Of a DNA stretch of 64,000 nucleotides, positions 41,999-51,178 are shown piece by piece. Both the position numbers and the translations under genes were made by a program. The notes below the pieces were generated by a model that ran no database searches, was not told where the DNA came from, and saw only the letters and a list, made by a program, of their open reading frames with translations. Where the stretch lies: positions 16,580-80,579 of the forward strand of contig CALAGQ010000047.1 in assembly GCA_937891765.1 (NCBI GenBank), written 5' to 3'. The first letter of the stretch is position 1. The number at the start of each line of letters is the position of its first letter. This DNA is from an uncultured Nitrospina sp. Its GTDB lineage: Bacteria; Nitrospinota; Nitrospinia; Nitrospinales; VA-1.

Positions 41999-42181
41999 TT
42001 GGAAGAATTATTGCTGGATAAATCGCAGACCGTGCACCTCAAACCTGAAGGTGAAATCTGCAACCGCCTCAAGCAGGGCACCCGTGTCAAAATTATAAAA
42101 AGAAAAGGCGACTGGGTTCACATCACATGGCGCAGCGGAAAAAAGAAAGGCTGGATCTCACTAGGTGTGGGGCCAATGTGA
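41999..42181 (+). CDS. Small SH3b-like protein or fragment
   Basis: LKQGTRVKIIKRKGDWVHI...GWI; TTG start. Confidence 0.55.
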   Translation: MEELLLDKSQTVHLKPEGEICNRLKQGTRVKIIKRKGDWVHITWRSGKKKGWISLGVGPM

Positions 42182-42339
42182 TGATTTTTTCTCCATGATT
42201 ACGTTTTTACTCTCCCTAGCTGCCCTTATTGTTAAATCAGTAATCAAAGGGTAGAGGCCTTAGTAAAGGGGGCAAGTCCACTATTGACGGTAAGTTGGTA
42301 GCTTTTATTTTTTCACTCCCTAGTGGGGGCTCCTCGCAT

Positions 42340-42376
42340 AAAAAAACCCCGACAGCCTTAGGCTGCCGGGGTTTTT
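42340..42376 (-). terminator. Intrinsic (likely bidirectional) terminator of the aconitase gene
   Basis: aaaaaccccgacagcc-tta-ggctgccggggttttt with A/T runs on both sides. Confidence 0.85.
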
Positions 42377-42396
42377 ATTTTTGCGCATTACGATAA

Positions 42397-44655
42397 CTAC
42401 TTTTGCGAACCGACGTAGTTGAGAGCCGACCCAGCCTGGAACCATTTGATCTCGTCAGCGTTGAGAGTATGGTTGGCCTGAATAGAATCGCTGGATCCAT
42501 CTTCGTGTTTGATCGTCAGCGTAACCGGTTTGCCCGGAGCTATTTGATCAAGGCCTGCACAAGTGACTCTGTCTTTTGCCTGAATCTTGTCGTAGTCCGC
42601 TTTATTGGCAAACGTGAGAGGCAGGACGGCCTGCTTTTTCAAGTTGGCTTCAAAGATGCGGGCGTAGGAGTTCGAAACAAATGCGCGGCACCCCATATGG
42701 CGTGGCTCCATAGCCGCATGTTCACGACTGGAACCCTCACCTACATTTTCATCAGCAAAGGCCACCCAACCTAATCCAGAATCTTTCAGGTTGCGGGCGA
42801 TTTTGTTGAGTTCCTGATCTTTCTCTCCGGTTACCGGATTATTGCCTTGTCCGGTCTCTGGATGAAAAGCGTTGGTTGCACCGAGGAACATATTGTTGCT
42901 GATATTGTCCAGATGTCCGCGGAATTTGAGCCACGGACCTGCTTGGGAAATATGGTCGGTGGTACATTTGCCACTGGCCTTGAACAATACGGGAAGGTCT
43001 TGATAGTCCTTGACCGGGTCCTGTTTTGGAAAAGGATCGAGAATCGCCAGTCGTTCACTGGTCGGGTCGACGACGACTTCGCCTGACATGGTCGGGGCTT
43101 CATAACCCGCATCTTGTGGGGTGTACCCATTGGGCGGAAGAACTTCTCCCTCCGGCGGTTGAAATTTAAAATCGTTGCCGTCCTTGTCCTTCAAGGTGTC
43201 CGTTAACGGGTTAAATTTCATGGAACCGGCAAATGCCATTGCTACTACAAGTTCCGGGCTGCTGATGAATCCCAAAGTTTCCGGGTTGCCATCGTTACGC
43301 TTGGCGAAGTTGCGGTTGTAGGATGTGAGGATGCTGTTTTTATCCCCTTTCTTCATGTCGTCCCGTTTCCATTGTCCGATGCAGGGGCCACAGGCATTAG
43401 CCAGAACCGTTGCTCCAACATCTTCAAACTCTTGAAGGATGCCGTCACGCTTGATGGTCTGGTAAATGGTTTCTGATCCCGGGGTGACCATCAAGTTGGA
43501 TTGGGATTTAAGACCAGCCGCTTTGGCTTGTCGGACAAGGCTGACTGCACGGGTCATGTCTTCATAACTGGAATTCGTGCAGGAACCGATCAACGCGGCG
43601 GAAAGTTTTTCCGGGTAGTTTTTTTCATCGACTTCCGCGCTCATTGCAGATACCGGTCGGCCCAGATCCGGCGTATGCGGGCCAACGATATGGGGCTCTA
43701 GGGTGCTGAGATCGATTTCATAATATTCATCGTAGTATTTTTTCGGGTCCGCTTCTACAGAAGGATCAGACCGTAAATGATCGGCGTATTGTTTGCACAG
43801 GTCGGCAATGGGGCCACGGTCTGTAGCGCGTAGATATGGATCCATCATATCGTCATAACCGAAGGTGGATGTCGTGGCACCAATTTCTGCGCCCATATTG
43901 GTGATGGTGCCTTTGCCGGTGGCGCTCATGCTTCGGGCTCCTTCGCCAAAGTACTCGACGATTTTTCCGGTTCCACCATTAACGGTCAGCATGGTAGCTA
44001 CTTTCAGGATGACATCCTTCGATGCTGTCCAGCCGCTCAGTTTGCCGGTCAATTTAATACCCACCAGTTTTGGCATTTTGGTCATGAAAGGCTGGCTGGT
44101 CATGACATCGACCGCATCGGCACCACCCACGCCAATGGCGATGGTGCCCATGCCGCCGGCATTAGGGGTGTGAGAGTCGGTTCCAATCATCATGGTTCCG
44201 GGACAGGCATAGTTCTCATAAACCACCTGATGGATGATTCCCGAACCCGGCTTCCAGAATCCCATGCCATATTTCATCGCGGCGGAACGCAAAAAGTCGT
44301 ACACTTCCTTGTTGGTCTTTTCTGCCGCTACAAGGTCTGCCATGGCTCCTGTGTAAGCTTGGATCAAATGATCACAGTGTACAGTGGTGGGAACAGCTAC
44401 CTTGGGCATTTTGGCCGAGATAAACTGGAGAATGGCCATCTGCGCAGTCGCATCCTGCATGGCCACCCGGTCGGGACTAAGAAAAATATCGGAAACACCA
44501 CGCTCTAGTTTAGAATAGTCAGTGTTGGGATCCATATGGGTGAAAAGGATTTTTTCGACAATGGTGAGATCCCGGCCCAGGTTTTTGCGGGCGGCATCAC
44601 AAATGCTTGCGTAGGACTTAAACAGCTTTTCAATTGGGGCAATTTCCATTAGCAT
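42397..44655 (-). CDS. acnA: Aconitate hydratase, mitochondrial-like type
   Basis: PDRVAMQDATAQMA, HCDH, GTDSHT, IGSCTNSSYED, ANACGPCIGQW, GEGSSREHAA. Confidence 0.95.
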   Translation of the reverse strand: MLMEIAPIEKLFKSYASICDAARKNLGRDLTIVEKILFTHMDPNTDYSKLERGVSDIFLSPDRVAMQDATAQMAILQFISAKMPKVAVPTTVHCDHLIQAYTGAMADLVAAEKTNKEVYDFLRSAAMKYGMGFWKPGSGIIHQVVYENYACPGTMMIGTDSHTPNAGGMGTIAIGVGGADAVDVMTSQPFMTKMPKLVGIKLTGKLSGWTASKDVILKVATMLTVNGGTGKIVEYFGEGARSMSATGKGTITNMGAEIGATTSTFGYDDMMDPYLRATDRGPIADLCKQYADHLRSDPSVEADPKKYYDEYYEIDLSTLEPHIVGPHTPDLGRPVSAMSAEVDEKNYPEKLSAALIGSCTNSSYEDMTRAVSLVRQAKAAGLKSQSNLMVTPGSETIYQTIKRDGILQEFEDVGATVLANACGPCIGQWKRDDMKKGDKNSILTSYNRNFAKRNDGNPETLGFISSPELVVAMAFAGSMKFNPLTDTLKDKDGNDFKFQPPEGEVLPPNGYTPQDAGYEAPTMSGEVVVDPTSERLAILDPFPKQDPVKDYQDLPVLFKASGKCTTDHISQAGPWLKFRGHLDNISNNMFLGATNAFHPETGQGNNPVTGEKDQELNKIARNLKDSGLGWVAFADENVGEGSSREHAAMEPRHMGCRAFVSNSYARIFEANLKKQAVLPLTFANKADYDKIQAKDRVTCAGLDQIAPGKPVTLTIKHEDGSSDSIQANHTLNADEIKWFQAGSALNYVGSQK

Positions 44656-44870
44656 GAGACTTCACCTTATTTTAAGATAGGGTTACAAATAAAAGACCAC
44701 GGGTTGCCGGGCCAAATTTTAGTATTATAAAGAACCGCTTTTCGAGGCGCATATTTTGGCATGGATTCAAACAGATTTCAATTTATTTCAAAACCATGCC
44801 CAGCAATGGTGTGCTGCTAAATAATTCAACTATTTATGAGATTAGCCACTAGCTCTTGCCAGTAAGGTTT

Positions 44871-45632
44871 ATGTCTTCAATTTTCGACTCACAGGCTTTC
44901 AACGCGAATCTGTTTTTTCCCCGTCAGGATACCGCTCCCACACCCGAAGATTCCGAGGATATTCAGGTGCAGGTCGCACCGGAAACGACGGTCCATGTCC
45001 GCCGCCATCCATCGGCCGAGGCCCGCTTCAGTTTGTTGTTCTTTCACGGCAATGGCGAAATTGTCTCGGACTACGACAACCTGGCAGCACATTTCAGCGT
45101 TATGGGAGCGGAGTTGATCGTCGCCGATTTTCGCGGTTATGGCAGGAGTACCGGGTTCCCGACGCTAAGAAACTCACTGGAAGATGCTCATAAAATTTTT
45201 GAGCAACTGAAATCAACCGGCAAGTTTAGGGAAAAAGTCTGTATCATGGGGCGATCCTTGGGTAGCGCACCAACGCTGGAACTTTGTGCCAAACGTTCGG
45301 ATGTGGCCGGTTGTGTTCTCGAAAGCGGTTATGCCGACCCGATTCCTCTGGTAGAGCGGCGAGGGTTAAGAATCGATAAGACCACACCCGAAGAAGACGC
45401 ACTTTTTAACAACAGCGAGAAGATCCGCTCGGTGCAGTGTCCGCTTCTCATCATGCATGGGGCCGATGATTTTTTGATCGCTCCGCATGAGGCCAAATTG
45501 AATTACGATAATGCCGGGTCTGAAATAAAGCATCTGGAAATTTTGGAAGGGGTAGGGCATAACGATATGATGATGTCGGGTTCTTATTTCACCAGCTTAA
45601 AACAGTTTTTTGATATTTGGAGTTCATTGTGA
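44871..45632 (+). CDS. Alpha/beta hydrolase (ABHD13/BEM46-like)
   Basis: FFHGNGE, DFRGYG, GRSLG nucleophile, HGADD, GHND. Confidence 0.9.
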   Translation: MSSIFDSQAFNANLFFPRQDTAPTPEDSEDIQVQVAPETTVHVRRHPSAEARFSLLFFHGNGEIVSDYDNLAAHFSVMGAELIVADFRGYGRSTGFPTLRNSLEDAHKIFEQLKSTGKFREKVCIMGRSLGSAPTLELCAKRSDVAGCVLESGYADPIPLVERRGLRIDKTTPEEDALFNNSEKIRSVQCPLLIMHGADDFLIAPHEAKLNYDNAGSEIKHLEILEGVGHNDMMMSGSYFTSLKQFFDIWSSL

Positions 45633-46822
45633 AAAAATATTACAACATCGAGGGACTGATCCGGAACGGATTCAAATTGAGCCGTGACTATGAAGCCCTC
45701 GATTTCAGTCACGCCAAGTTCGGCGATGACGCGGTGCAGGCGCTGGTCAAATCACGATCCATCAAGCAGTTGCGAAGGTTGACCATCAGCGGAAAAAAAT
45801 TGACTGCGCTTTCGGCTCAGGCATTAGCCCAGTCCAATAGTATGCCTAATCTGGAATCCCTGAAACTGTATAAAAATAATATTGGCGATGAGGGCATGAA
45901 ATATTTCGCCGAATCCGACAAACTGCCTCGCCTTAAATCCTTTCGGCTGGCGTGGAATGACATTGGACCCGAAGGGGCCAAGCATCTGGCTGAATCTCCT
46001 AATTTTGAAGCGCTGACTTCTTTGGCGCTGTCGGAAAACCGCATCGGTGATGAAGGGTTGAAGTATCTGGCGGAGTCCAAGAACTTGAGCAGTCTTGAGC
46101 TTATAGATCTCAGAAAAAACCAGATCACCGATGAAGGGGCCAAGGCCCTGGCCAAAAGCAAATACCTGCCAAAACTGCAGACGATAGATCTTTCCGCCAA
46201 CGCCTTAACTCAGGAGGGCCTGAACGCTCTGGCCGAATTTAAAATCTTCAACCTCATCCGTGCTCGAATCGGCGAAGAGGGCACCAAACTCGACCTCAGC
46301 AATCTGCATATTGGCGATGTGGAATGCAAATGTATCGCTGAATGTGAAGAGTTGAAAGACCTGACCCACCTATATTTGGAGCTTAATAAAATCACCGGGA
46401 AAGGCATGGAGCTTCTTGCGGGTAGTGAACATTTGAAAAACCTGACCCTGCTGTCTCTCGACCGTAATAAAATCGGCGATGAAGGATTCATACACATTCT
46501 TAAATCAGAATCCTTGCAGAACCTTCAGGTGCTGATGGTGGAAAATAACGGCATCACCGATGAAGGCCTCAAAGCCCTCTGTGAAGAGGCGTGCATGACC
46601 TACCTGCTACGTCTCTACATAGAAGAAAACGAAACTACCGAAGAAGGTTTTGAACTTTTGGCCGACCCCGAACATTTGCAACAACTCGAATACCCCGAGT
46701 TCGAGCGCGAAGAAGAAATGGAAGAAGAGGAAGAAGAGGAAGAAGAATTCGAAGATGTCGAAGACATCGAAGAAATCGAGGAGGAAGAAGACCTCGACGA
46801 AACCGAATACGAAAGCCAATAG
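45629..46822 (+). CDS. RNI-like LRR protein with poly-acidic C-terminal tail
   Basis: ~28-aa repeats LxxLxLxxNxIGDEG; ~40-residue E/D tail; GTG start overlapping upstream TGA. Confidence 0.88.
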   Translation: MKKYYNIEGLIRNGFKLSRDYEALDFSHAKFGDDAVQALVKSRSIKQLRRLTISGKKLTALSAQALAQSNSMPNLESLKLYKNNIGDEGMKYFAESDKLPRLKSFRLAWNDIGPEGAKHLAESPNFEALTSLALSENRIGDEGLKYLAESKNLSSLELIDLRKNQITDEGAKALAKSKYLPKLQTIDLSANALTQEGLNALAEFKIFNLIRARIGEEGTKLDLSNLHIGDVECKCIAECEELKDLTHLYLELNKITGKGMELLAGSEHLKNLTLLSLDRNKIGDEGFIHILKSESLQNLQVLMVENNGITDEGLKALCEEACMTYLLRLYIEENETTEEGFELLADPEHLQQLEYPEFEREEEMEEEEEEEEEFEDVEDIEEIEEEEDLDETEYESQ

Positions 46823-46901
46823 CCGGCGAGCCGCCGGTGGCAAAAGGCAACGACATTACTCCCCTTAATGGGGCTTGACCAATGGGCTGCACGCCGAGTG
46901 G

Positions 46902-47447
46902 TTACCAGGAGGTGCGCCAGAGTTCTGCAGAAGATTTCATTTTGAAGAGTTCGTTGACCTTCTCGGTGAAATTTTTATCGGTGAACGTTTTGGTGTATTC
47001 GTCCCCGGTGGTTCTGTAAGGATTCCATGACAGTGCCAGCCGCTCGATGAACATTTCTTCCAGTGGAACGTAGGTGATTTTTTTGATGATGCTGGTTTCT
47101 AACTCAACGAGGATCGCAACCATATTGTATTCATCTTTTCCATACAGCGCTTCGATGAATCCCGGTGCTTCCTTTTCCTGCTGAGCCGGATTGCACGGCG
47201 TCTCCAGCAACCAGTCTTCACCACCGATGGCAAAAATAGGGATGGAGGGAAACTCCGACTCCACCACCAGTTTGGCTTTCCACTCCCCGTCGAAGGCCTT
47301 GATCTGCGCTTCGGAAGGGCTGGGTACAGCGGCGATCAGCAGCATGTCGCCATTGGGAGAAAAGGAAAGTCCGCCGCCATGGCCCGCAATGGGTAAAGGG
47401 CAGGGCTGGCCTTCTTGAAAACTTACAGTCTCATCCATTTCAGTCAT
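46902..47447 (-). CDS. Hypothetical protein
   Basis: Clean ORF of about 180 aa with coding-like composition. Confidence 0.75.
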   Translation of the reverse strand: MTEMDETVSFQEGQPCPLPIAGHGGGLSFSPNGDMLLIAAVPSPSEAQIKAFDGEWKAKLVVESEFPSIPIFAIGGEDWLLETPCNPAQQEKEAPGFIEALYGKDEYNMVAILVELETSIIKKITYVPLEEMFIERLALSWNPYRTTGDEYTKTFTDKNFTEKVNELFKMKSSAELWRTSW

Positions 47448-47713
47448 AGTGATATTCGAATTCAAGGTTGAAAAAGACTATTTTGTTGAAGTTGAGCGCA
47501 GTTGTCAAGTCCACCACTACCCGTGGAGGGAGCTTTCTCCAAACAGGCAGAATTTTTAGTTCAGGTTCGATGGGTCTTCATTTGATTCCACCCATTTATG
47601 ATGCACAAGGAATAAAAAGGGTTCAATCCATCTCCATTCATTAAACCGGTTGAGTTCTGGTTGCGGTTCGGTTAGTCTTACCGGTTTAAATCCTTTTAAG
47701 TATAAAGAACTTC

Positions 47714-49102
47714 ATGATTGCGACCCTGATTTCCCACGCCTGCATACTGATCCAATCGCGCGATACTACTATATTGACCGACCCGGTGTTTTTTGATTAT
47801 TTATGGGAGGAATGCAATATCCAGTGCCCAAGCATTGATCTTGATAAGGCCAAGCTCCCAAAAGTCGATATTTTAAATATTTCGCACCGGCATCAGGACC
47901 ATTTTGATATTCGAACTCTTGCCTATCTGGCGGGAGATGCGGGCATTTTGGCTCCGGACGCTGTGGTGCTGGCCCCGCGTGATGAGATTCTGCTTGAAGT
48001 TCTGCGCGAACTGGAATTTAAAAACGTAACCGTGGTGGAAGACTTTAAATCTCTGGAGATCAAGGGACTGACGTTGACGCCCACACCTTCGCTGAACAAG
48101 CAGGACTATTTCCCGGAACACGGTTTGCTGGTTCATGATGGTGAAGTGACGCTGTGGAACCAGGTCGATACCATCGTGTCGCCGGATGTCATCAAGTATA
48201 TGCATAGCTTGTACGGGCAGTTGGATTTCGCGCATGTTCGTTATCTTCCTCTGCTGGAAGGAAATTTTTCGTTTCATAATCCATTAGAGTTACCGATGGA
48301 GGAGTACAGTTCTTTTCTTAAGGTGGCTGCTGCCTGCAGGCCGAAGTTTGCTGTCCCCGGTTCTGCAGGATTCAAATACCGCGACGAGTTTGGGTTTCTC
48401 AATCAATATTCTTTTCCCACCACGCAAGAACAGTTTTTAAGAGATCTGAAAGATTTTTGTCCGGATATAAAAAGTAGCGTGTTTTATCCCGGTGACCGGG
48501 CTGTTATTACTAAAGAGGGTGTGGAGATTCAACAAGCTGCTTCGGACTTTGTTAAAATTAAAGTAAATGATGGGCATAAAGTGGAGTTCAAGCCCGTGGC
48601 CGAGGTCCCACCTATCCGCACCCGCACTGAAGATAAAGCCGAGCATGAAAAACAGTGGCAGGAGGTTGTTGATTTTATCGAGAACCGGTTTGTTTCAGCA
48701 CTGGTTGAGAAAAAAGCTGTGCAAAGCTGGGTGGACTGGAAAGTGGCCTATCAACTGGAAGTGTTCAGTCAGAACGGATCGGAAATTTGGTGCCTGGATT
48801 TTGCCGGGGAAGATGCGGATATCATTAAGGGGCGTATCGGGAAAATCAATCTCTATGAAGGCATTGCCTGTTCTGAACTTTATAGCCTGATTCAAAATGA
48901 AACCAGTTGGGACTTTGTCGGCATCAACGGGCAGTATCGTACGTTCAAAGATATTTACCGGGTTCGCATGGGAGAGTTTGAACACTGGACCAAGACGGAC
49001 AAAAAGTTTCCTCAGCCGCTGACCGAAGTGTTTCCTGCAGGGAAAGAGATGGATCGAACAAAATTTCTGCGCGATGTGAAACGCTGGAAAGGAAAGGCTT
49101 AA
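47714..49102 (+). CDS. MBL-fold metallo-hydrolase (UlaG/CMAH-like) with C-terminal extra domain
   Basis: SHACILI, TDPVF, ISHRHQDHFD. Confidence 0.8.
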   Translation: MIATLISHACILIQSRDTTILTDPVFFDYLWEECNIQCPSIDLDKAKLPKVDILNISHRHQDHFDIRTLAYLAGDAGILAPDAVVLAPRDEILLEVLRELEFKNVTVVEDFKSLEIKGLTLTPTPSLNKQDYFPEHGLLVHDGEVTLWNQVDTIVSPDVIKYMHSLYGQLDFAHVRYLPLLEGNFSFHNPLELPMEEYSSFLKVAAACRPKFAVPGSAGFKYRDEFGFLNQYSFPTTQEQFLRDLKDFCPDIKSSVFYPGDRAVITKEGVEIQQAASDFVKIKVNDGHKVEFKPVAEVPPIRTRTEDKAEHEKQWQEVVDFIENRFVSALVEKKAVQSWVDWKVAYQLEVFSQNGSEIWCLDFAGEDADIIKGRIGKINLYEGIACSELYSLIQNETSWDFVGINGQYRTFKDIYRVRMGEFEHWTKTDKKFPQPLTEVFPAGKEMDRTKFLRDVKRWKGKA

Positions 49103-49119
49103 ACCTGCTAGAATAGCCA

Positions 49120-49148
49120 TTGACAGGGTAGGGGCGAGGGGGTAAAAT
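49120..49148 (+). promoter_or_regulatory. sigma70 promoter of tRNA-Met
   Basis: TTGACA-N17-TAAAAT. Confidence 0.7.
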
Positions 49149-49186
49149 CCTAATCTTCTAAATAACAAGTAGTTATAAAGTAGCGT

Positions 49187-49263
49187 GGCGGTGTAGCTCA
49201 GGTGGTTAGAGCATACGGCTCATATCCGTAGTGTCGGCGGTTCAACTCCGTCCACCGCTACCA
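49187..49263 (+). tRNA. tRNA-Met(CAT), elongator-type
   Basis: ggcggtg/caccgct acceptor stem, anticodon arm tacgg-ctCATat-ccgta, encoded CCA; lacks initiator GGG/CCC stem. Confidence 0.93.
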
Positions 49264-49280
49264 ACTTTATATAAGTAAGT

Positions 49281-49316
49281 AAAGGGATTACGGGATTGCC
49301 CGTGGTTCCTTTTTTT
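49281..49316 (+). terminator. Intrinsic terminator after tRNA-Met
   Basis: aaagggattacggg-attg-cccgtggttccttttttt. Confidence 0.8.
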
Positions 49317-49751
49317 GTTGGAAGTGGTCAATTGCCCGAGTTCTTAAATTTATGCTTAATATTATTGGACAAAAAGTATGTAAAACTGGAAGGAATCAAA
49401 AAGGAGGATTAATGAGAACGGTAAGTTTTCCTGAATTAACTTTTCACCCCGTATAATAAAAAACAGAAAGGCTGTGATTTTGATGGGTCTGACGGGGATC
49501 TAGATTATTTCGATAATCTTTAACAGAAAAAAGTGCCATGCAAAATAAAAATGATGGTAACCAACTATGCCGGAGCCTTCGGGTTTTTTATTGAGGAATA
49601 TATGTGCCTTCCTTCTTCAAGTTTGCTGAAAGGATAGAGGGTGATACTCATTGAATAAAAATTTGCCCAGTAAAGTATGCCCCCAGGCCAAATAATATAT
49701 ATGAGGCAACAACGAGCACTACAGAAACAATCCTTCCAATATTTTCCACCT

Positions 49752-49786
49752 TAGTGTCGGGGGTTCAACTCCCTCCACCGCTACCA
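49752..49786 (+). repeat. 35-bp direct repeat of tRNA-Met 3' end (att-like)
   Basis: 33/35 identical to 49229-49263. Confidence 0.9.
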
Positions 49787-49799
49787 TTTTTCAGTGTTT

Positions 49800-50570
49800 T
49801 TAAAATTTATAAGTCACTCCAACACCAAATTGGAACTGATGTTCAGACCCTAAAGTTCTAACCAGCGGACTCCTGGCGGCATCAGCAACCAATAGTTGGT
49901 ATCCAACAACGCCTTTCAAACTCCAATGTCGATCAATCCTTCGAGAAATATTTGTAACCAATGCTAAATCCTTCAAGCCACCTTCGCCGTCAAATTTTGT
50001 AATTCCCGATCGTATGGATTGGGCTGAAGTGATACCAAAGTAGGATTGTATGTAGTTGTCATCTGCGAAGGTCATGCTTGCCTTAACGTTCCAATCCACA
50101 TCCGTGTGGCGACCAAAGGAATAGCCGGCTCCAACAATTAGCAAAGTTCCGTCATGATTCCCTGAAATGTCAGTTTGGAGTTGGAGTGAGAGTGAGTACC
50201 TCTCCAATTCAAGCTTCGCAAAAATACGTCCATCAATTCCGCCATCAATATCGCCAAGCCCAGTTAGTATTGGGGAATCATCTTCATTCCTGGCCTCGTA
50301 ATAGCCCAATGATCCCCCAAACTCCAGATCACTATTATTCATAAGATAGACACCTAAACCTCTTTCAACATTTAAGAAAACCGATTTCCCCATGGAAATG
50401 TCGATGAGAGGCAAGATATCGAATTCGCTCGTATCGGCACCCTCATAATCGGGCCTGCTTAATGCAATGCCACCTAGCGATACTGAAAAATCGTCGGCCC
50501 TCAGAACCTCCGGTGAAATGGAGGAAAATATCAATAGTAATATTAATAGAGCTTGTTTCATGCTGTCCAA
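49800..50570 (-). CDS. MipA/OmpV family outer membrane protein
   Basis: Signal peptide, PDYEGAD, ADDNYIQSYFGIT, DAARSPLV, C-terminal YKF. Confidence 0.9.
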   Translation of the reverse strand: MDSMKQALLILLLIFSSISPEVLRADDFSVSLGGIALSRPDYEGADTSEFDILPLIDISMGKSVFLNVERGLGVYLMNNSDLEFGGSLGYYEARNEDDSPILTGLGDIDGGIDGRIFAKLELERYSLSLQLQTDISGNHDGTLLIVGAGYSFGRHTDVDWNVKASMTFADDNYIQSYFGITSAQSIRSGITKFDGEGGLKDLALVTNISRRIDRHWSLKGVVGYQLLVADAARSPLVRTLGSEHQFQFGVGVTYKF

Positions 50571-50721
50571 ATCCCCGTTATATTTATATCTTCTCTATTA
50601 TAGAGCGAACCTTGTTTCCTTATCGTTTGCATATCCGAAAACTAAAAAATATTTGACGATTATTTAATAAACTATTGGTGATCGATAAATTGTGGACAAT
50701 GTCGCGGTATTAAGTTAAAGT

Positions 50722-50740
50722 AATGAGAATCGTTCTCATT
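50722..50740. promoter_or_regulatory. Fur-type box upstream of bfd-like gene
   Basis: Palindrome AATGAGAA-TCG-TTCTCATT directly after TGGACA-N17-TAAAGT. Confidence 0.75.
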
Positions 50741-50765
50741 CTAGGGTCTTTATTGCTTTGAATTC

Positions 50766-51050
50766 ATGAATCTTCCTCCCAGTGTTGAAATCGACGAAGT
50801 CATCTGTCAATGCTATCAGGTCACTGAAAGCGCCATCCGCAATTCCATCTCCGAAGGCAAACTAAAGGATATTGATTCCGTCACAACGGCTTGTGGAGCC
50901 GGTGGGGGGTGCCATTCCTGCCATATTCTTATTCAGCTTTTCATCGACCAGCATCAGGAAAAACACACAGCCATGGAGGATCTGGTCCACGATCACGCGC
51001 AGAAGGTGAAAAAGAAGGGTATTCTGAGCCGCTTCTTCAAGAGGTTCTAG
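50766..51050 (+). CDS. BFD-like [2Fe-2S] ferredoxin
   Basis: VICQCYQVT...AGGGCHSC; Fur-type box upstream. Confidence 0.85.
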   Translation: MNLPPSVEIDEVICQCYQVTESAIRNSISEGKLKDIDSVTTACGAGGGCHSCHILIQLFIDQHQEKHTAMEDLVHDHAQKVKKKGILSRFFKRF

Positions 51051-51178
51051 TCAGCGGACAGCACTTCCCGGGGCGCGAACTGCTTTCCTATCTCTGTTTG
51101 TTCTTTCCAAACTCCGATCCTTTTGATAGTTTAATTCCCAGAGTCGGATTTTTTATAATCTACAACTCCCTAATTAAA

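Noticed and set aside
46709..46800. GAAGAR tandem repeats (also 14177-14250) as CRISPR or VNTR
   Set aside because: These are poly-Glu codons within CDSs; no repeat-spacer structure and no cas genes
49264..49751. Intact prophage, ICE or small gene inside the att-like repeats
   Set aside because: No integrase; only ORFs too short for the ORF track (e.g. 14 aa after aggagga at about 49402), none supportable
50891..51178. N-terminal extension of the 279-aa ORF
   Set aside because: Overlaps the bfd-like gene out of frame; conserved-looking sequence starts at ATG 51179
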